A stretch of 64,000 nucleotides of DNA from Candidatus Omnitrophota bacterium (GTDB lineage Bacteria; Omnitrophota; Gorgyraeia; Duberdicusellales; Duberdicusellaceae): contig JAFGCB010000025.1 in assembly GCA_016932855.1 (NCBI GenBank), positions 13,868 through 77,867 of the forward strand, written 5' to 3'. The notes below the pieces were generated by a model, which saw only the letters and a program-made list of their open reading frames with translations, was not told the origin of the DNA and did not search any database. The translations under genes were made by a program, and so were the position numbers. Positions 9,445 to 18,925 of this stretch are shown in pieces (the first letter of the stretch is position 1; every line of letters starts with the position of its first letter).

Positions 9445-10359
9445 TTGATGAAATTTAGAAAAGTATTCTTCATTTATTTTTTGTCTCTGGCGGTTTTCAT
9501 TTTTATCGCTTTTGAACTAAACCTCTGGCAGGCCGATCAACAATTACGTTCAGTAATGAGTTATTATATCCAAAAAAACCTGGAAAAAGGGGATTTTGAG
9601 GCCGCGGTAGTCATAAAGGATCTTACAAAGCGGCGCTTGGGCGATTTTCTTAGGAGACCTATTTATGTTTCTTTGAATGAAAACCAGTCTTTTCCGGCCG
9701 CCAGCTTGATTAAACTTCCTTTGATGGCTTGTTGTTTTAAGGCTGAAAGAGAAGGTAAGATAAATATTAACGATACCTATGTTTTAAAAAAGTCGGATAT
9801 TACCGGCGGCTCGGGAGTGCTTAAAGCTAAGAAGGCCGGTTCAGAATTTTCTTTGTTGGAGTTGATCGAGCTTATGATTTCCCAGAGCGATAATACCGCT
9901 TCCAATATTTTCATAAAGAAATTGGGCTTTGAATATCTTAACGCCTGCTTTAAGGATTTAGGTCTTAAACATACCGTGGTTAACCGGACGGTAATGGATT
10001 TAAATTCCCGAAAGAAAGGCATTGAGAATTTAACTTCGGCTTCGGATTTATCCTATCTTTACGAGGCTATTTATAAAAAAGATTTAGTGGATGCCGAAGC
10101 TTGCGAAACAATGCTTAAATTTTTATCCAATCAAAAAGTAAAGAACCGCCTGCCCCGCTATTTGCCTAAAGATATTACCATAGCTCATAAGACAGGCACG
10201 ATTCGCGGCATAGTACATGACGCCGGCATTGTTTTCAGTCCTAAAAGAGACTATATTATTTGTGTGCTTACCAAAGGTTCTAAAGGATATACCCTGCCCA
10301 AGGATTTCATAGCTGAAGTTTCCGAATTCGTGTATTATTTACTTGCTTATGGAAATTAA
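9445..10359 (+). CDS. Class A beta-lactamase-fold serine hydrolase (secreted or membrane-anchored)
   Basis: N-terminal TM/signal segment, SxxK-like ASLIK, and SDN (SQSDNTASN) and KTG (HKTGT) motifs. Confidence 0.65.
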   Translation: MMKFRKVFFIYFLSLAVFIFIAFELNLWQADQQLRSVMSYYIQKNLEKGDFEAAVVIKDLTKRRLGDFLRRPIYVSLNENQSFPAASLIKLPLMACCFKAEREGKININDTYVLKKSDITGGSGVLKAKKAGSEFSLLELIELMISQSDNTASNIFIKKLGFEYLNACFKDLGLKHTVVNRTVMDLNSRKKGIENLTSASDLSYLYEAIYKKDLVDAEACETMLKFLSNQKVKNRLPRYLPKDITIAHKTGTIRGIVHDAGIVFSPKRDYIICVLTKGSKGYTLPKDFIAEVSEFVYYLLAYGN

Positions 10360-11023
10360 GTATTTCGATGTAGTCTTTGAGGATGAATACCTGATAGTCG
10401 TGGATAAAAAATCCGGCCTCCTGGTCTTACCTACGCCCAAGAACGAAAAACACACCTTAACCAATCTTTTAAACGAGTATCTGAAAAATAAAAAAGAAAA
10501 AGCCTATCCTTGCCACCGTTTGGACCGGGATACTTCGGGTTTGATAGTCTATGCCAAAGATACCAATAGCCAGCAGGCTATCATGAATCAGTTTAAGGCT
10601 CGCACCTTCAGAAAGAAATACCTGGCTATTGTACAGGGGCGTTTAGTGGATTTTTACGGCGTGATTAAAGGTTATATAAAGGTAAAACAGAAGCCGGAAA
10701 AGTTCGCCGTTACTAAATACAGGGTTTTACGCCGCTTTAAGGGATTCAGTATTCTGGAAGTCGAACCTAAGACCGGAAGAACTAACCAGATCAGGATTCA
10801 TTTAAGCCAGATAGGCCATCCCGTGATAGGCGAGCGCAAGTACGCCTTTGCTAAAGATTGGCCGTTTAAATACAAAAGATTGTGTTTGCATTCCTGCTTT
10901 GCGGAATTTAGGCATCCCATAAGCAATGATTTAGTCAGACTTTTTCGTGATATCCCCGCTGATATGCGCGAATTTCTTAAAGAGCGGGGCCTGGATGTCA
11001 GGTTGAACAGAAGGCGGCGGTAA
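10343..11023 (+). CDS. RluA-family pseudouridine synthase
   Basis: HRLDRDTSGLIVYAK catalytic-Asp motif, 226 aa. Confidence 0.85.
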   Translation: MLMEIKYFDVVFEDEYLIVVDKKSGLLVLPTPKNEKHTLTNLLNEYLKNKKEKAYPCHRLDRDTSGLIVYAKDTNSQQAIMNQFKARTFRKKYLAIVQGRLVDFYGVIKGYIKVKQKPEKFAVTKYRVLRRFKGFSILEVEPKTGRTNQIRIHLSQIGHPVIGERKYAFAKDWPFKYKRLCLHSCFAEFRHPISNDLVRLFRDIPADMREFLKERGLDVRLNRRRR

Positions 11024-11033
11024 CTGCTATAGT

Positions 11034-11062
11034 TTGTTTAGGTGACGGTATTTTGTTATAAT
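11034..11062 (+). promoter_or_regulatory. Sigma70-like promoter (TTGTTT, 17 nt spacer, TATAAT) for the small-protein/peptidase/ATP-grasp operon
   Basis: A perfect TATAAT at 11057-11062 with TTGTTT 17 nt upstream. Confidence 0.45.
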
Positions 11063-11083
11063 ATTTAATGTGGGGTTCAATTC

Positions 11084-11119
11084 GCTCAAACAATCCCGAA
11101 GTATCGGGATTGTTTGAGC
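11084..11119 (+). promoter_or_regulatory. Perfect 16-bp stem hairpin (loop agta) in the 5-prime leader, immediately before the SD of the 68-aa ORF
   Basis: gctcaaacaatcccga agta tcgggattgtttgagc, with no mismatches and no downstream T-run. Confidence 0.4.
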
Positions 11120-11138
11120 TCATTGAAGGAGGTATCCA

Positions 11139-11345
11139 ATGAAGGAAGTAGCGTCTCGCAAGGTTAAGATTTTTAAGATTAAGAATCGGCGAGGCTACGC
11201 CGCTGCCTGCTTTAATCATCTTACCGAAGGCAGGACCCCTTACCAGGCCTATGCCAGGATGAGAAAAGCTTTAAAGCGAAGCGGCCTTTCTTTAAAAGAG
11301 GTCGACGCGGCCCGCGCCTCTCGTTTATTGACTACCTTAAGATAA
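11139..11345 (+). CDS. Small basic protein (68 aa), unknown function. Possible substrate or partner of the downstream ATP-grasp/peptidase pair.
   Basis: Strong SD GAAGGAGG 7 nt upstream. The protein is K/R-rich and is the first gene of a tightly packed operon. Confidence 0.45.
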   Translation: MKEVASRKVKIFKIKNRRGYAAACFNHLTEGRTPYQAYARMRKALKRSGLSLKEVDAARASRLLTTLR

Positions 11346-11375
11346 TTAAAAAGCTTTAGCTTAAGGAGGTTAGGA

Positions 11376-11561
11376 ATGGTTACGGGTATCGTATTTATTA
11401 TTGCCGGTATTTTAATCGCCATTTTTCCGGAACTTCTTTCTTTGATCGTGTCGGTTTTTCTGGTTACGCTGGGCGTGGGCATAGTGCTTACGAGCTATCA
11501 CCATAAACGTCTATCGCAGCATTTCGACAATCCTTTCGCAGATTTTATTTTTAGATTCTAA
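11376..11561 (+). CDS. Small two-helix membrane protein (61 aa)
   Basis: Strong SD TAAGGAGG. Hydrophobic IVFIIAGILIAIF and LIVSVFLVTLGVGIVL segments. Its stop overlaps the next start (TAATGA). Confidence 0.5.
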   Translation: MVTGIVFIIAGILIAIFPELLSLIVSVFLVTLGVGIVLTSYHHKRLSQHFDNPFADFIFRF

Positions 11562-12586
11562 TGACTGATAAAAAAATTAAACTCGCAAGAATCAGGGAAG
11601 ATAAATTGCTGAACTGCCGGATCTGCGATTTGCCTTTGCAGATAGAGGGGACTTGGATTGAAAGTTGCGTAAACCAGCTCTATAGTGAGCTTGAAGCCAA
11701 GGGCATAAAATTTAAACCTCTCTGCTATTTGGCTGATGAGTGGCTTACGCCTGACAACGAGCCGGTAGTAGGCATAGCTTTTTTCTTAGCTCACCCCCGG
11801 CTTGTGAAGCTAGAAAAGAAAATGATGCTTGAGGTTGAAGGAGGAACAAAGGATTGGTGCATGAAACTTTTGCGTCATGAAAGCGGCCATGCTTTAAATT
11901 ACGCTTTTAAATTATACAAACGCAGAAAATGGCAGGAGATTTTTGGCAGGTTTTCCCAGGAGTACGCTGATACCTACAGGTTTCGGCCTTATAGCAGAAG
12001 TTTTGTAAGACACTTAGAGGATTACTATGCTCAGTATCATCCCGATGAAGATTTTGCCGAGACCTTCGCGGTCTGGCTTGCTCCCAAGTCAAAATGGCCT
12101 AACCAGTATAAAGGCTGGAAAGCCCTCGGAAAGCTTAAGTATGTGGATAAACTCATGTCCGAAATAAGCAACAAAGAGCCGTTTAAGAAAAAAGGGGAAA
12201 AATACTGGTGTATTTCCCGCCTGAAAATAAAGCTAAAGAATTATTACAAAAAAAAGAAGCAATTCTGGGCCGAATATTTTCCTGATTTTCATGATTCTAA
12301 TTTAAAAAGGATATTTGTCGAGAAAGACCAGGAGCATAAAGATCTGCCTTTAGCTTGCGAGATTATAAAAAAGCACAAGAAGAACATATTAAGCAGCATT
12401 TCTACCTGGACCGGGGAACGCAGGTTTATTATCGATGATCTTTTAAGGATTATAATCGATCGCTGCAGAGATTTAAAGCTTGTCGCGGTTGATTTGGAGG
12501 TTCTCGCAGCTATTAAGATTTCGATCTACATTACGACTTTAATTATGAATTATAGCTATACCGGAAGATTCAGGAAGAAGAAATGA
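11561..12586 (+). CDS. Putative zinc metallopeptidase (HExxH; Peptidase_Mx-like family often paired with ATP-grasp enzymes)
   Basis: HESGH at residue ~106 followed by a downstream E (DEDFAETF) consistent with a zincin. Translationally coupled on both sides. Confidence 0.55.
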   Translation: MTDKKIKLARIREDKLLNCRICDLPLQIEGTWIESCVNQLYSELEAKGIKFKPLCYLADEWLTPDNEPVVGIAFFLAHPRLVKLEKKMMLEVEGGTKDWCMKLLRHESGHALNYAFKLYKRRKWQEIFGRFSQEYADTYRFRPYSRSFVRHLEDYYAQYHPDEDFAETFAVWLAPKSKWPNQYKGWKALGKLKYVDKLMSEISNKEPFKKKGEKYWCISRLKIKLKNYYKKKKQFWAEYFPDFHDSNLKRIFVEKDQEHKDLPLACEIIKKHKKNILSSISTWTGERRFIIDDLLRIIIDRCRDLKLVAVDLEVLAAIKISIYITTLIMNYSYTGRFRKKK

Positions 12587-13593
12587 GGAAACTGAAAATT
12601 CTTTTATTATTCGACAGTCCCTACGCCAAGCCCAGAGGCTACGACTTTAAGGAAGAGTTTAAGGATATTGATTGGGCCACCGAAGGCGACGTCCTGCAAG
12701 CCTTAAGAAAAAGAGGCCATGAAGTCAATATTCTAGGTCTTTATAAAGATATTAATCTTCTTTTGGAAGAAGTCAGGGAAAACAAGCCGGATGTCATATT
12801 CAATCTTGTTGAAGTCTTTGACCAGAAGTCCAGTCTTGATAAGAATGTTGTCTATTTACTGGAGCTGTTAGGAGTACCTTTTACAGGAGCCGATCCCGCC
12901 AGTCTTCTTGTCTGCAATAATAAAGCCTTAAGCAAAAAAATATTAAGTTTTCATAGAATAAAAGTCCCCCATTTTTATACTTTTTACAAGAAGCATAAGA
13001 TTTGGCTTCCCAAAAAGCTTAATCCGCCCTTAATAGTTAAACCTTTGTGTGAGGAAGCCTCGCGGGGGATAGCCCAGGCCTCTATAGTTGATAGCGAAGA
13101 GACCTTGGTTGAGAGGGTTAAGTTTATTCACCAGAGTTTGGATATGGACGCTATAGCCGAAGAATATATCGACGGAAGGGAGTTTTACGTAAGTATTCTG
13201 GGAAATAAGCGAATTAAGGTCTTGCCTTTAAGAGAGATGAAGTTCGGCCAGTTTCCCGAGGATGAGCCCAGGATAGCAACCTACAAAGCTAAGTGGGATT
13301 ATAATTATCGCCAGAAGTGGGGTATAAAAAATGTCTTTGCCGGAAGGCTTGCCAACGGCCTGGAGGCAAAGATATCTTATATATGCAAGAGAGCCTACCG
13401 GGCAATAGATATGAAATGCTATGCTCGCTTTGATATAAGAGTTACCGGCGGCGAAGTCTATATCATAGAAGCCAATGCTAACCCGTCGTTGTTTATGTAT
13501 GACGAGGTTGCCCAGTCCGCTGATAAGGCCGGTATTTCTTACGATAAGCTGCTGGAGATGATAATAAGTTTCGCTTTCCAGAGGCAAAAATAA
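12583..13593 (+). CDS. ATP-grasp ligase (D-Ala-D-Ala ligase / RimK-like fold)
   Basis: 336 aa. Pre-ATP-grasp N-domain and a central K-rich ATP-binding region (LIVKPL...EEYIDGREF...IIEANANPS), typical of Ddl/RimK-like ATP-grasp enzymes. Start overlaps the peptidase stop (ATGA). Confidence 0.75.
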   Translation: MRKLKILLLFDSPYAKPRGYDFKEEFKDIDWATEGDVLQALRKRGHEVNILGLYKDINLLLEEVRENKPDVIFNLVEVFDQKSSLDKNVVYLLELLGVPFTGADPASLLVCNNKALSKKILSFHRIKVPHFYTFYKKHKIWLPKKLNPPLIVKPLCEEASRGIAQASIVDSEETLVERVKFIHQSLDMDAIAEEYIDGREFYVSILGNKRIKVLPLREMKFGQFPEDEPRIATYKAKWDYNYRQKWGIKNVFAGRLANGLEAKISYICKRAYRAIDMKCYARFDIRVTGGEVYIIEANANPSLFMYDEVAQSADKAGISYDKLLEMIISFAFQRQK

Positions 13594-13642
13594 ATTCATT
13601 AGCGCTAATTTTATAAATCCGTAATATTTAGGGAGGTAAACC

Positions 13643-15103
13643 ATGAGCGGGATTTTTGGCGTAGTCTCAAAAAATGATTGTTCGCAGGATTTATTCTATG
13701 GGGTAGATTACCATTCGCACTTGGGAACCGAGTACGCCGGCATGGCTGTTTTGGGCGAGGATTTTGTCCGCCAGATACACAGCATACGCCAGGACCAATT
13801 CAAGTCAAAATTTTATGATGATCAGAAGCTCATGAAAGCGCCTAAGGGCATCGGCGTCATAAGCGCTTTTAACGAGCAGCCTATTTACTTAAATTCCAAT
13901 CTCGGGCCTTTCTATATTGTTACTAACGGTTTGGTGGAAAATAAAGAAAAGCTTGCTCAAGGATTATTTGAAAAGGGGGTATCTTTCAGCGAATTCAGCA
14001 AGAAAACAGTTAATACCACAGAGCTTATCGCCAAGCTCATAAGCCAGGAAGAGGATTTGCTAACGGGCATAGAGAAGATGTTCGAGGTAATCGAAGGCTC
14101 GTGTTCGCTGCTGATATTGAATAAGGACGGCATTTACGCAGCCAGAGACAGGTTAGGTTATACTCCTTTGGCCGTAGGAAAAAAGCTTGATTCCTGGGCG
14201 GTGACAACGGAGACCAGCGCTTTTCCTAATCTGGACTTCGAACTGGTAAAGTTTATCGAGCCAGGCGAAGTAGTGCTTTTGACTGAGCAGGGTATCTTTC
14301 AGAGAGCGCAAGGCAGGTCTGCGAATCAAATCTGTTCGTTTCTTTGGATATATACCGGTTTTCCCGCTTCGAGCTACGAAGGCGTTAACGTAGAAACAGT
14401 CCGGGAAAGATGCGGAAGGCTTTTAGCTAAGAGAGACGCCGATATAGAGGTGGATGTCGTAGCTGGCGTCCCGGATTCAGGAACCGCGCACGCCATAGGT
14501 TATGCCATGGAGTCGAAAAAACCCTATCGGCGGCCTTTGGTTAAATATACGCCCGGATACGGAAGAAGCTATACGCCTCCTTCTCAAGAGACCCGGGATT
14601 TAATCGCCAGGATGAAGCTTATTCCCATAAAAGATATCATTGCCGGCAATAGAATAGTAGTCTGCGAGGATTCTATAGTAAGAGGAACGCAGCTTAAGAA
14701 TTTTACTATCCGTAAGCTTTGGGACGCCGGGGCTAAGGAAATCCATGTCAGGCCCGCCTGCCCGCCTTTAATGTTTCCCTGCCGCTTTAATCTTTCTACC
14801 CGAAGTACCCATGAGCTTGCCGCCCGCCGGGCAATTAAGGCTTTGGAAGGCCGGGAAACAGAGGACGTCGGGGAGTATTTAGAGTACGGGTCTAAAAAAT
14901 ATAAGAAGATGGTAGAGTGGATAGCTAAAGATTTAGAAGTAACAACTTTGCGTTATCAAACTGTTGAGGATATGGTAAAGGCAATAGGCTTGCCGAAAGA
15001 AAAGCTTTGTCTATGCTGCTGGCAGGCAGAGGGCCTTAAAGAAAGTAAGGAAAAGAAGTCAGAAAAAAGTACGCAAAATTCATTTCTATATAAAGGCAAA
15101 TGA
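13643..15103 (+). CDS. Amidophosphoribosyltransferase (PurF)-like protein with Ser replacing the N-terminal catalytic Cys
   Basis: N-terminus MSGIFGV where PurF has MCGIVG. Ntn-GATase features (TNG oxyanion motif) and the C-terminal PRTase motif VVCEDSIVRGTQ. An in-frame TAA two codons upstream fixes the start. Confidence 0.7.
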   Translation: MSGIFGVVSKNDCSQDLFYGVDYHSHLGTEYAGMAVLGEDFVRQIHSIRQDQFKSKFYDDQKLMKAPKGIGVISAFNEQPIYLNSNLGPFYIVTNGLVENKEKLAQGLFEKGVSFSEFSKKTVNTTELIAKLISQEEDLLTGIEKMFEVIEGSCSLLILNKDGIYAARDRLGYTPLAVGKKLDSWAVTTETSAFPNLDFELVKFIEPGEVVLLTEQGIFQRAQGRSANQICSFLWIYTGFPASSYEGVNVETVRERCGRLLAKRDADIEVDVVAGVPDSGTAHAIGYAMESKKPYRRPLVKYTPGYGRSYTPPSQETRDLIARMKLIPIKDIIAGNRIVVCEDSIVRGTQLKNFTIRKLWDAGAKEIHVRPACPPLMFPCRFNLSTRSTHELAARRAIKALEGRETEDVGEYLEYGSKKYKKMVEWIAKDLEVTTLRYQTVEDMVKAIGLPKEKLCLCCWQAEGLKESKEKKSEKSTQNSFLYKGK

Positions 15104-16335
15104 ATATTTATCTTGTAGTAATTCTTTGCCTTATAATCGTCGATTGGCTTTTAGAAACATTTGTCGCGGTCCTTAACTTAAGGAATTTATCACCGCAGCT
15201 GCCTCCGGAATTTTCCGGACTCTACGAACCTTCCAGATATAAGAAATCCCAGGAATATTTAAAGGAATCCACCGGGTTTAGTCTTTTTAAAAACGCTGTA
15301 TTTACAGCAGTTGTCGTGATTTTTATTCTGGCCGGCGGATTTAATTTTGTGGATGTCTTTGTGCGGGGCTTTAAGCAGGGTCCGGTTGTCAGCGGTTTAT
15401 TTTTTGCCGCTATCCTGATGCTAGGCTTTCAGTTTTTTAATCTGCCCTTTGCGGCCTACCGGACATTTGTTATTGAGGAAAAGTACGGCTTTAACAAGAC
15501 CACCATAAAGACCTTTATTTTAGACATAATAAAATCCTTGATTTTAGGGGCCTTGATAGCAGGCACCGCATTTTCGGTTGTTCTATGGTTTTTTGGGAAG
15601 GTCGGCAGGCTCGCCTGGATTTACTGCTGGTTGGTTATCGCCGGATTCGAGCTTTTTCTGGTATTTGTTGCGCCGGTGGTTATTTTACCTCTTTTTAACA
15701 AATTTATTCCTCTTGAAGAAGGCCCGCTTAAGACGGCTATCGAAGAATATGCCAGAAGAGAAAAATTCGCTTTAGGCGGAATCTTTAAAATGGACGCCTC
15801 CCGGCGCTCCGCTAAATCCAACGCTTTTTTTACCGGTTTCGGGAGATACCGAAGAATTGCTTTATTCGATACCCTTATCGAAAAGCACGCGCCCGATGAG
15901 CTTGTAAGCGTTATTGCCCATGAGGTGGGTCACTACAAGAAAAAACATATTATTAAAGGCATAGCTTTATCGATTCTTACCAGCGGATTTATGTTTTTCC
16001 TGCTTTCGTTCTTTATTGAAAACCCGGGATTATTCAAAGCTTTTAAGATGGAAAATCTTTCCATTTATGCCAGCCTGTTCTTTTTCACCTTTTTATACTC
16101 ACCGATTAATCTTATTTTATCGATTTTCGGAAATTCTCTTTCAAGGAAGCACGAGTACGAAGCGGATAGTTTTGCGGTCAAAACCCATAATAAGCCGGAA
16201 GATTTCATAAGAGCTTTAAAGAAGTTGAGCGTGGATAATTTATCAAATCTTAATCCCCACCCTTTAAAGGTATTCTTGCACTACAGTCATCCCCCGGTGC
16301 TTAAGCGAATACAGGCTATAAGGAAAATCAACTAA
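15100..16335 (+). CDS. Ste24-type CAAX prenyl protease / M48A zinc metalloprotease
   Basis: Multi-TM N-terminus, HEVGHYKKKH zinc motif and 411 aa length. Confidence 0.8.
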   Translation: MNIYLVVILCLIIVDWLLETFVAVLNLRNLSPQLPPEFSGLYEPSRYKKSQEYLKESTGFSLFKNAVFTAVVVIFILAGGFNFVDVFVRGFKQGPVVSGLFFAAILMLGFQFFNLPFAAYRTFVIEEKYGFNKTTIKTFILDIIKSLILGALIAGTAFSVVLWFFGKVGRLAWIYCWLVIAGFELFLVFVAPVVILPLFNKFIPLEEGPLKTAIEEYARREKFALGGIFKMDASRRSAKSNAFFTGFGRYRRIALFDTLIEKHAPDELVSVIAHEVGHYKKKHIIKGIALSILTSGFMFFLLSFFIENPGLFKAFKMENLSIYASLFFFTFLYSPINLILSIFGNSLSRKHEYEADSFAVKTHNKPEDFIRALKKLSVDNLSNLNPHPLKVFLHYSHPPVLKRIQAIRKIN

Positions 16336-16420
16336 CCTTAAGTTCGGCATAATATTCTGTTCACAAATGCATCCAAGGAAGCCTCTTTATGATTAAAGGT
16401 ATGAATATGTTGACACTTGG

Positions 16421-16450
16421 TTTTTGTAGGTTAGAATAGTTAATAGATAA
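16421..16450 (+). promoter_or_regulatory. Sigma70-like promoter (TTGACA ... TAGAAT)
   Basis: ttgacacttggtttttgtaggttagaat upstream of the 16474 ORF. Confidence 0.4.
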
Positions 16451-16473
16451 GAGTCGCAAAAGACCCACGAAAG

Positions 16474-17154
16474 ATGAAAAATCGAAAGTCCAAAATAGCC
16501 TTTATGGTTTTTTTAATCAGCTTGGTTTGCGGTATCGCCTTTGCGATAAGGTTTCCTCAATTATTTTCTTTCAATAATAAAAAATCCTTGGATAAGTGGA
16601 GGGAAAAAGTGTTTACAGGCCGGGTTTTATACACAGTTAACCTGGTGGATTCAGGCGGTTATCTTAGCGCCCAGAGTGAAAAGTCAGCTTCGGGTATATT
16701 TTACCGTTTAAGCTTCCACGCCGTAAAAAAACCCATGGTAAGCTGGAAGTGGAAGGTTGTAAAATTCCCGGCCAAAAAGTCTACCGGGGATACGCAGGAA
16801 GGCTGGATAGAGAAGGATGATTATGCTGCTAGGGTCTACATTATTTTTCCCAGTTTTTTGTTTTCAAGGACTAAGTCTTTGGAATACGTCTGGGATAAAG
16901 ATTTGCCGGAAGGTCTCATTCTTACCAGTCCTTTTTTCGAGAATATAAAAATTATTGTCGCTGAATCAGGCGAAAATAATTTAGGTAACTGGGTTTTTGA
17001 GGAAAGAAATATACGCGAAGATTTTAAAAAAGCCTTCGGCAGAGAGCCGGGCGTGGTAGGGGCCGTGGCTATCATGACTGACTCCGATAATACCATAAGC
17101 ACTGCTGAAGCCTGGTATGATGAACTAAGGGTGGGGTATGCAAATGAAGAATAG
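16474..17154 (+). CDS. Hypothetical exported protein (possibly DUF3047-like)
   Basis: N-terminal signal/TM segment. Weak recalled resemblance to DUF3047 (WYDELRVGY C-terminus). Confidence 0.4.
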   Translation: MKNRKSKIAFMVFLISLVCGIAFAIRFPQLFSFNNKKSLDKWREKVFTGRVLYTVNLVDSGGYLSAQSEKSASGIFYRLSFHAVKKPMVSWKWKVVKFPAKKSTGDTQEGWIEKDDYAARVYIIFPSFLFSRTKSLEYVWDKDLPEGLILTSPFFENIKIIVAESGENNLGNWVFEERNIREDFKKAFGREPGVVGAVAIMTDSDNTISTAEAWYDELRVGYANEE

Positions 17155-17563
17155 AAGAACAAAAAAGCTATTGGGCACTCCTTTGCAGAAGAAGATATTG
17201 GTTTTGTTTTTTATTTCGGCAGTAACGCCGGCGGCAATCGTGGCAGTGTGTCTTTACTACCTTATATTTAATTTGTTCGCCGGCCAGCTGGCGATACCGG
17301 AGTTTATCGCCTACAATGTAATCCCGGTCGCAAGGAGGGTAAATTTAATTATCGTGATTTCTTTGCCGATTGTTTTAGGGGTTGCCTGGTTTTTCGCTCT
17401 TAAATTATCGCATAGAATAACCGGGCCTCTTCACAGGCTTGAAAAAGAACTGGATAGTAGAATTTCAGGAAAAAAAGAGGGTTCGATCCATTTGCGTAAA
17501 GAAGACGAGAAAAGCCTGGTTTCTCTGGTGGAAAAAATAAATAAGCTTATAGCTAAGAAATAG
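17138..17563 (+). CDS. Hypothetical membrane protein with a HAMP-like linker
   Basis: Two TM segments followed by an amphipathic HRITGPLHRLEKELD segment. Confidence 0.35.
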   Translation: MQMKNRRTKKLLGTPLQKKILVLFFISAVTPAAIVAVCLYYLIFNLFAGQLAIPEFIAYNVIPVARRVNLIIVISLPIVLGVAWFFALKLSHRITGPLHRLEKELDSRISGKKEGSIHLRKEDEKSLVSLVEKINKLIAKK

Positions 17564-17731
17564 TCAGCATACATCTTCCATTTATGCCTCCCGGCGAGCT
17601 TGACCGCATTTTTTAAAGCTTTATCGATGATTTCAAAGATTAACCAAGAGATTTTCGATCTTGGCGTAAAGTTGGCGCAGGTATGATACTGGGCAACAGC
17701 TAGTTATCCGAAATTAAAAGAGGTTAAACTC

Positions 17732-18229
17732 ATGGATATCAATAAGGCAATAAGAGAACGAAGGTCCATCCGTCAATACCAGGTTATGGTTCCTGGCGAC
17801 GAAGATATCAAGAAAATTATCGAGGCAGGCTTATGGGCTCCCTCCGGGCTAAATAACCAACCTTGGAAATTCAAGGTAGTTAAAGAAAAAGCCCAAAAAG
17901 ATTCTTTGGCCAGGTTTACAAAATATTCGGCTATAATCAGAGACGCCCCCGTGGTTATTTGCGTATTTTTAGACAATTCCTCCACCTATAACCGCGAAAA
18001 AGATATTCTGGCTATCGGTGCTTGTATACAGAACATGCTTCTTTCTGCCTGGGAGCTGGGTTTGGGCACATGCTGGCTTGGCGAAATTTTGAACAAGAAG
18101 GAAGATGTCCGGAAGTATCTTAAGATAGACTCTGATTGCGAGCTTATGGCAGTAGTTACGCTTGGCTATTCTGACGAAGAAGTAAGCCGGGGTTGCCGAA
18201 AAAACCTTAAGAGCTTTATCATAAAATAG
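17732..18229 (+). CDS. Nitroreductase-family protein
   Basis: RRSIRQY N-terminal motif, 165 aa, good SD. Confidence 0.8.
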   Translation: MDINKAIRERRSIRQYQVMVPGDEDIKKIIEAGLWAPSGLNNQPWKFKVVKEKAQKDSLARFTKYSAIIRDAPVVICVFLDNSSTYNREKDILAIGACIQNMLLSAWELGLGTCWLGEILNKKEDVRKYLKIDSDCELMAVVTLGYSDEEVSRGCRKNLKSFIIK

Positions 18230-18451
18230 CTTGAATCGCTGATTGATAAATTTGCAATTAATAATCTTATCAGATATTAAGCACCGCGGTTAAAGTTTGT
18301 CCTAGATAGCCATATTGACATTTTTCCGATACCGCGAGAAAATCAACTTACTCGATAGAGGGGTCGCCACTGAAAAGGGTCGTCTCCCAAGCCCGCTGCC
18401 CCTTCTTTTATTTTGCCACCCCGCCTTTAACGCCCCCATATTTTTAAAATT

Positions 18452-18485
18452 GACTAATTTTCGAGAAAGGGTAATATATTCTTGT
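18452..18485 (+). promoter_or_regulatory. Sigma70-like promoter (TTGACT, 17 nt, TAATAT) upstream of the orphan receiver gene
   Basis: ttgactaattttcgagaaagggtaatat within a 320-bp noncoding region. Confidence 0.35.
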
Positions 18486-18552
18486 TGATAGATAATGTAA
18501 CTTTAATTCAAACGGCCTGTATTTAGGATAAAACCTTTGATTTCACCGGGTT

Positions 18553-18921
18553 ATGCTCAAGCCTAAGATACTTCTTATAGATAATGAGCCGGATTTTGTG
18601 GAACTTACTAAAGTTAATCTGCAGAATTCAGGCTTTGAAGTTTTCGGGGCGTTTAGCGGAAAAGAAGGCATAGATAAATTCGGCCAGGTTCAGCCGGACT
18701 TAGTTCTTCTTGATATCTTAATGCCCGAGATGGATGGCTTTGAGGTGCTGCATAGAATACGCAAGATTTATCCTCAGGCGAAAAATACTCCTATAATCAT
18801 GCTTACCGCAATAAGAGATTCTGATTCCATATTTAAGTCCCTGGACCGTAAGGCAACAGATTATATTATGAAGCCTTTTGTTCTGCAAGACTTGCTGGGA
18901 TTAATAAACAAATATATATAA
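18553..18921 (+). CDS. Stand-alone response-regulator receiver (CheY-like)
   Basis: 122 aa with LLIDNEPDF and DLVLLDILMPEMDG (phospho-acceptor Asp), IIMLTA and a K near the C-terminus. Confidence 0.7.
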   Translation: MLKPKILLIDNEPDFVELTKVNLQNSGFEVFGAFSGKEGIDKFGQVQPDLVLLDILMPEMDGFEVLHRIRKIYPQAKNTPIIMLTAIRDSDSIFKSLDRKATDYIMKPFVLQDLLGLINKYI

Positions 18922-18925
18922 GCTT

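Noticed and set aside
13228-13644. 138-aa minus-strand ORF
   Set aside because: Antisense to the ATP-grasp gene, which has clear family motifs and translational coupling on the + strand.
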